DNA from: Reclinomonas americana ATCC 50394
Taxonomy: Eukaryota
Length of the DNA stretch: 53,793 nt
Reading direction: 5' to 3'
Assembly: GCA_048213135.1 (NCBI GenBank)
Contig: PS015169.1
Coordinates: 1-53,793 of the forward strand
The notes below the pieces were generated by a model, which was not told the origin of the DNA, made no database searches, and saw only the letters and a list, made by a program, of their open reading frames with translations. This document shows, one piece after another, positions 46,533-53,793 of this stretch; position 1 is the first letter of the stretch; each line of letters begins with the position of its first letter. The position numbers and the translations under genes are program-made.

Positions 46533-48021
46533 TTATTCGTGGTCGGCGGTCGAAACGCAGCCGGGTGAGGTCTGAATCATGCGCTTGCAGCACGACCACT
46601 GCGCGTGAGAGATGGTGAGTAGGCGACTACACAAGAGCGCACTGGAAGCAAGGAATGCGACGCACTCGCTGCAGGGGAGGGACAAGAGAGCGGAGTGAGT
46701 TGCAACGACAAATGCATGAGAATGCAGTTTGGAATACGCAACATACTGCAGTCGGTATCCAACGAGGCGAGACGCAAGAGGGGAAAGGGAAGTGAGTTAA
46801 TGATACAGGAACGCGGGCAAGCAACAGACGCACATTCTGCGATGAGGGCGAGCGATGAGTGGAAAGCGCAGATAATGAAAGGATGAATGCGAGCGTGCAC
46901 GATACCTTCCATTCGCCCGTGTGTCGCACGCACGCTGGATTGGAACGTTCCTGGCCACAGCGCGAGCACTACACGTCGCACACGCATCGCAATGTCAGCA
47001 TGATACGCTATATGTGCGAGACGGCTAGCGAGCGACAAACCGTGCCCGTCGCCGCGCTGCCTCCCGCTGCTGCCGACGATGCTGCAGATGATGACGAGGA
47101 CGATGTTGCCACAGCGGTCACGGTCGGGGGTGCCACTGGCGGGAATGGCTGGTGCGGGGTCAAGAGGGGGGCGGGACTCACGGCCGGTCGTCCCTGATGT
47201 GCATACAAACAAGCGCAGAATGTCAACCGCATGTGGAACAGGAAAACAGCCACACTCGTCTCTTTTGGCACACTCACCAACAGCAGTCTCTCCAGCTGGT
47301 CGGCGGCGCCGGTCGGCGGCTCAGCCACCTTTTCGGGGTTGAGAGTGACGGTCAGTTGGCTGTCGTCGAGAGTGAGGATCATCGGAGCCTGCAGAACCCC
47401 ATGAGCGATCCGTGAGTGCACGATGTCGACGATGGCAGACGCAACTTCGGCCTCCAAATCAGGCTGCACGCAGATCGGTCGGTCGCCGAGTCGGCCCTGG
47501 AATCGCGGCACCGATAGCACGCGGCAAATGCTGTGAAATAGTCAGACAAGGTCTGGATCGCCCCCTCTCTCTCTCTCTCCTCACTCCACGCAACTCGGCG
47601 ACGACGCGATGCACGGTCGGATACAAAATGTCGCCGAGGTGAGGCACGAGAGAGGCCGGTGACAGTGTGGCAAATGATACAGTGTCGACGACCAGCTGGC
47701 CACCAATGCCGGCCGCCTGCATCTCTTGCCGCGCACGCACCAGACTGGACACGTGAGCGGCCAGCGACGGACGCGCCAGCACCAAATGCTCCTTGTCGCC
47801 CTGAATCAGCTGGCTGGCCGGTCCGCGACCAATGTCGTCGCGCAGACTGTTAATGGCGTCGGCCTAAATGAAGGAGAGGAATGAGTTGAGAGGCGGGGGG
47901 AGGTGAGAAAAGGGCAAAACTGGGCGCACCCATTGCTGCGATTCGGCGGCGGTTCGACCTGCAAGGAACAAGAGAGCGCGGGTTGGTGAAAGAGGAGGGA
48001 AAAGGGAGGAGAGAGGAGAAG

Positions 48022-48067
<46 letters not shown>

Positions 48068-49402
48068 ATGCACGTAGTAGGTGCGATCGCCAGTGACCAG
48101 GTGCAGCACAAAGGCGCACCCCGGCAGCGTGTCGGACACCTGCGGTCCGTCGACTTGCACGAGGTCGGTGACGGGGATGCTTCGGCGGGGTTTCGACTGG
48201 GGGGAAGAGATGGGGAATGGGTGGATGAGGGGGAAAGGGAAAGGGATTGGGGCAAAGGGGTAAGGGGAAAGGGGGCGAAGGAAAAGGGAGCGGAGGGGTG
48301 GGGAGAAGAACAAGGAGAAGGGGGAGGAGAACAAGAAGAAGACTGAGAGGAAAAGGAAGAGAAGAAGAAGAATACATGTGAGAACAACAACAACAAGAAG
48401 AAGAAGAAGAAGAAGAAGAAGAGAGAGACGACGTAGAGACGTAGACGNNNNNNNNNNNNNNNNNNNNNNNNNNNNNNNNNNNNNNNNNNNNNNNNNNNNN
48501 NNNNNNNNNNNNNNNNNNNNNNNNNNNNNNNNNNNNNNNNNNNNNNNNNNNNNNNNNNNNNNNNNNNNNNNNNNNNNNNNNNNNNNNNNNNNNNNNNNNN
48601 NNNNNNNNNNNNNNNNNNNNNNNNNNNNNNNNNNNNNNNNNNNNNNNNNNNNNNNNNNNNNNNNNNNNNNNNNNNNNNNNNNNNNNNNNNNNNNNNNNNN
48701 NNNNNNNNNNNNNNNNNNNNNNNNNNNNNNNNNNNNNNNNNNNNNNNNNNNNNNNNNNNNNNNNNNNNNNNNNNNNNNNNNNNNNNNNNNNNNNNNNNNN
48801 NNNNNNNNNNNNNNNNNNNNNNNNNNNNNNNNNNNNNNNNNNNNNNNNNNNNNNNNNNNNNNNNNNNNNNNNNNNNNNNNNNNNNNNNNNNNNNNNNNNN
48901 NNNNNNNNNNNNNNNNNNNNNNNNNNNNNNNNNNNNNNNNNNNNNNNNNNNNNNNNNNNNNNNNNNNNNNNNNNNNNNNNNNNNNNNNNNNNNNNNNNNN
49001 NNNNNNNNNNNNNNNNNNNNNNNNNNNNNNNNNNNNNNNNNNNNNNNNNNNNNNNNNNNNNNNNNNNNNNNNNNNNNNNNNNNNNNNNNNNNNNNNNNNN
49101 NNNNNNNNNNNNNNNNNNNNNNNNNNNNNNNNNNNNNNNNNNNNNNNNNNNNNNNNNNNNNNNNNNNNNNNNNNNNNNNNNNNNNNNNNNNNNNNNNNNN
49201 NNNNNNNNNNNNNNNNNNNNNNNNNNNNNNNNNNNNNNNNNNNNNNNNNNNNNNNNNNNNNNNNNNNNNNNNNNNNNNNNNNNNNNNNNNNNNNNNNNNN
49301 NNNNNNNNNNNNNNNNNNNNNNNNNNNNNNNNNNNNNNNNNNAAGTAGAGAAGACGAAAGAAGAAGAACGTAAGAAGAAGAAAGAACGAAAGAAGAAGAA
49401 GA

Positions 49403-49434
<32 letters not shown>

Positions 49435-50318
49435 AGAAGAAGAAGAAGAAGAAGAAGAAGAAGAAGAAGAAGACGAGAGAAGAAGAAGCAGAAGCAGACA
49501 AAGAGTGCAAGGAGGAGAAGAGAAACAACACTGAGAAGGAGAAGGAGGAGGGGAGGGGGGAGAAGCAGTGGACATCAAAGACAATGAGCGGACAAGAGCA
49601 GCAACTGAGGACTCAACATCCGACTCGCTCTTGAAGTACGACAGATGCGTCGCAGTCAGCACAAAGAAGCGCTCTTTCCACGAGTGAACCACGCGACCTG
49701 GAAGAAAGAAAGGGAGAAATGCAATAATTAGTCACTGTCAGTGAGTGAGTGAGTGAGTGAGTGAGTGAGTGAGTGAGTGAGTGAGTGAGAGAGAGAAGAG
49801 TGAGAGACAGAGTGAGTGAGTGAGAGAGAGAGAGAGGGAGTGAGTGAGTGAGTGAGAGAGAGCAGAGTGTGTGTGAGCGAGCGAGAGAGAGCAGAGTGAG
49901 AGAGGGTGTGTGTGAGTGAGTGAGTGAGTGAGTGAGAGAGAGAAAGAGCAGAGTGTGTGAGTGTGAGAGAGAGAGAGAGCAGAGTGTGTGAGTGAGTGAC
50001 AGTGAGTGAGTGAGTGAGTGAGTGAGTGAGTGAGTGTGTGAGTGAGTGTGTGTGTGTGTGTGAGTGAGTGTGTGAGTGAGTGTGTGTGTGTGTGTGAGTG
50101 AGTGGGTGAGTGAGTGAGAGTGAGTGAGTGAGAGTGAGTGAGTGAGTGAGTGTGTGAGTGAGTGAGTGTGACTGCAGCTCCGAGCATCATTCAGCATCAT
50201 TCATGCAAGACAATAAAGAGAATGATTGACTGTTCCTTTGACACATACCTCGTTTGGTGAGGTTTCCACTCTTAATGGGCTCTTGTTTGCCCTTGAGCGC
50301 GCTTCCCTGTGAGCCCAT
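46533..50318 (-). CDS. Putatively N-myristoylated PH-domain protein with C-terminal Btk-type zinc finger (11 introns, three 3-nt microexons)
   Basis: MGSQGS start at 50318. PH domain: IKSGNLTKRGRVVHSWKERFFVLTATHLSYFKS...RTYYVHGRTAAESQQWADAI. C-terminus: CSRC...RHTGEWKNYRWSCCKRMIQTSPGC. Stop TAA at 46533-46535. An N-gap (48448-49342) lies within an intron. Confidence 0.85.
49738..50172. repeat. (GAGT)n/(GT)n/(GA)n composite microsatellite in PH-gene intron 1
   Basis: Directly visible. Confidence 0.95.
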
Positions 50319-50873
50319 TCCTTGCTATGCCCTTTCCGTCCGTCGCACAAAGAAACGAACACAAAGGACGAAATGCATTCGCACTCGTCACTGAGCTTCC
50401 TGCTTGGTGTTGGAGATAACGCGGAATAGAGAGGAGCACGATGCTCCTCTGAGAGGGTTGTTAGCATTTACAAGGAGCGACAATTCAACGTCGCGAAGTT
50501 GACGTCGCCAGATGACCCTTTTCGCCTCTCAGCTGCAACTCTTTGCGCTCTATGACCTCTGCACTGTCAACTAGGACCTCTTCAGTTCAACAACTCTTGT
50601 GAGTATTGGTGTTGACGTCGCGGTTTCGAGCTGTGTTTCTGTTTTTGACCTTTTGCCCTTGCATCCATGGCCCTTGATCTTTGGAGGTCCAGGCTACTCA
50701 GCCCCATTTCCTTTCCCCTTGTCCCTTCCCCTTTCACCGTCCCCCTTCTCCTTCCCATTCTCTTTCTGCACTTTCGTTTCTCTCTATCCATGCAGCGCGT
50801 TGTAAACTTTTCTCCTTCACGTTCATTTTTTCTTGATCCCGCCCGCAGCAGCAGCAGCTCTTCCGCGCTCCTC

Positions 50874-53793
50874 TCACTCGTTGTTGGTGTTGGGTGAGTA
50901 TGTTGGGGAGGACGGGGAGTAGGCCGGGCTGCGACGAACAATTCGATGAGCGACATGAAGCGAGAAGGAAGGGGAGGAGAGAGAGTGTGCGTGCAAACCT
51001 CGACGGTGAGTACGCCGGGCTCGACGGGCTGTAGCGAGGTGACGATGGCGAGTAGGCTGGACTCGACGGACTGTAGCGCGGCGATGACGGCCTGTGGAGA
51101 AGAGTGAGTCGACTGCGATAAGCGACGAACGAACTCAATAGCACGCAACGAGTACTGCGGACTCGATGGCGAGTATTGCGGGCTGCAAGGGAAAAGAGAC
51201 GAGTTAGCATACATGGCGCTCTCAGATACGAAGAAGAAGTCACTGCAAGACGAAGAGAGACAAAGCCAACGAATATCACCCGCCCCTCTTTTTCCCTCCC
51301 CACGTACTCACCTCGACGGCGAGTACTGTGGTGAGGCCGGCGAATACTGCGGCGACGCTGGCGAGTACTGCGGTGAGGCTGGCGAGTATTGCGGCGAGGC
51401 CGGTGAATACTGGGGCGATGCCGGCGAGTATTGCGGAGACGAGGGTCCGTGGACCGGCGACGCGGGGGAATACTGAGGCGAGGCCGGACTGCGACCAACG
51501 ACCATCGTAAGAGTGAGAGAGAGGGCTGATTTGAACAGGGAAAAGAAGTGCTTCAAACCTGTACTGTGGACTGGCCGGCGAGTACCGCGGCGATGACGGC
51601 GAGTAGCGCGGTGATGCGGCACCACCGCCAGAGTGATACGGCGAGTACGCAGGACTGCCTGGCATGTAGCCCGGCGACGACGGCGCACTGCACAGAGAGT
51701 CAGTTGAGTGGATTCACGAAAAAACAACCAGAAATCGCAGTCACGCACTGATTCGGTGACGACATGTACGGACTGGAGGCTCCGGCTCCGTAGGGGCTCT
51801 GCGGCGCCGGCGAGAACATGGGGGCGTACGGTGAACCGGCGCCGGGCGTGAACATGACATTGTACGGCGTGCCGCCCGGCGTCTCGGAACCAATGTACGG
51901 AGTCACACCGCCCGGCGAGCGACCCGGCGTGCCCGGCGACATGGGGTAGTCGTACACATTCGAGCCCGACTCGCGCAGCATCATCTCCTCCGGCGGCAGC
52001 TCACCCTCGATGGCGTGGCGCATCTTGTCGAGGTCGAGCAGCAATTCGAAGGCACCCGTGCCTGCACGACAACATCAGATCAATAACCATGTCCCCATTT
52101 TCGCCCATTCCTTCACCCTCTGCACTCACCAATCGGAGCCGTCTTGCCCAGCATGACATTGGCCGACACACCCTTCAGCAAATCCACCTCAGCATACGCG
52201 GCGGCCTTCATGAGAATTTCCACACTCTCCTCGAATGTGGCCTTCATGAGGGGGCCAACGTTGCGCCGGTTGATTCCGTGACGCGTAATGGGCATGTAGC
52301 GGCCGGAGCTGGTCATTGTGTCGCACAGCACGGCCAAGTGGCGGTAGTTCACGTAGAGACCGTAGTTGCTGAGCACGGAACGAATCTCGTTCAGCAGCGA
52401 GCGGCGCGCCGCCTCAATGCCCAGCACCGTAAACATTTGCACAATGTCGTTGCAAATGGTGCGCTTGTGATCCACCATGCGGTGGCTCATGACCTTGAGC
52501 ATGTTGACGCCCTCCGTGTCCAGCACGAACTCCTTGTACTTTTGCTTGACGCCCTTGTCGTCAAACACCTCGCGGTCGGCCTTGCGCATAAACACCTTGC
52601 GAATGCCGTCAACGCCCTTGAGGTACAGGTTGTGGAGCAGGCGCGTTTCGATGCGCTTCAACATCTTCAGAGTCGGGTCGCCCATCGAGCTCTCCATCTC
52701 GTCCATGTCGGCACCGGCGCCCTTCTCCGCCGCACCCGTGTCGTTGATACGGATGCGGAGCACCTGATGGTCGTCGGCGCCCGGGTTCCTCGGGTACACA
52801 ATGTTGAGTGCACTGCCCCATTCGTTGTTGATGCGCGTCGCCACCAGATCAATGTCCATGCCACGGCCGTACAGCGTTTGGCCCTTGATGACCATGCGCA
52901 GCACCCATGGAGACAGGTTGGCCATTGATTCGTCCTGGGTGGGGGGAGGAGGAGGGGGTGGGGAAAGGGAGAGTGAGAGGGGGAGGGTGGGGAAAGGGGT
53001 GGGGAAAGAGAGAGGGAAAGAGGGAGGGGGAGAGAGAGATGGAAAGGGAGAGCGAGGGAGAGAGTGAGAGTAACGGCAAAGAGAGAGGGGGGAGAAGGAG
53101 AGAAATGGAGAAAGAGGGCAGTGAGAGCGCAGAGAAGACGAAAAAATAGAAGAGAAAGGCACGAATGTGAGAACGGGGCAGGGAGGACAGTGCATGCACG
53201 GAGGAGTGAAGCAGAAAATATTCAGAGCACATGCACACAGATCAAGACTGACGAGGGGGAGAGTGACAAAGAGAGATGAAAGGCACGAACGAGAGATAGA
53301 GAAGGTCAGAGAATACTGAGAGCACAGACCAAGACTGACAAGTAGTAAAGAGCTTCTGCACATTCGAAGCCTCACGCACATCATTGAGTTCAGCCCATGT
53401 CTCCACTGCCTCCTTGTCCTCAATGACCACAGTCGAGCGTGGATCGGGGTCGTAAAGAATCTCGGTAAAGGCCACCACGTCACGCAGCACCGTGTACTCG
53501 AGATCGGAGCGCGCGCGAGTCGCCTCTTCGTCGTCGAGCGCAAACTCGTCCTTCAAATACACGTTCATACCACTGGTCTTGACGTGCTGGTTGACGTTGA
53601 TCAATTCCTACAACAACGGAGAGCAACATGAGTTCATGATGGCTAGCTTCTCTGTCTCTCTCTCTCAATCCCCTCTCTCTCTCTCCCTTCCTTTCGCCCA
53701 ATCACGCACCTTCACACGCGGCACACCGAGTGTCACATTCTGCGCCGACACACCAGCCGAGTGGAACGTGTTGAGCGTCATCTGCGTGGCCGG
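50874..53793 (-). CDS. RPB1: RNA polymerase II largest subunit, 3' part including trigger loop and CTD (8 introns in window)
   Basis: [74 protein letters not shown]; ~18 YSPxSPx heptads; stop TGA at 50874-50876. Confidence 0.98.

Overview
Gene-dense, very intron-rich eukaryotic DNA from a flagellated protist (IFT139 is present). It uses the standard genetic code and contains several N-gaps and microsatellite-filled introns. Reading splice junctions by hand gives 13 protein genes and about 140 short GT-AG introns. The genes are: an ankyrin+HECT E3 ligase (partial), a multi-TM protein, TTC21B/IFT139, a His-rich triple PsbP/DcrB-like protein, three tandem near-intronless WD40 paralogues, NSRP1/CCDC55, a head-to-head pair of TmcB-like PAS adenylyl cyclases, an S/P-rich orphan, a PH + Btk-zinc-finger protein, and RPB1 (3' part). 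The strongest signals concern splicing. (1) About one intron in five uses a +1-shifted donor (H|GTTGCG, GTTGAG, GTTTCG, GTTCCG), seen only when the last exon base is not G, and it flips with that base at homologous introns of the two cyclase paralogues. (2) Three consecutive single-codon (3-nt) microexons complete a Btk-type zinc finger. RPB1 also carries an F1086S-equivalent trigger-loop residue and a CTD lacking Thr4 and Ser7. All gene models are manual inferences without transcript data.
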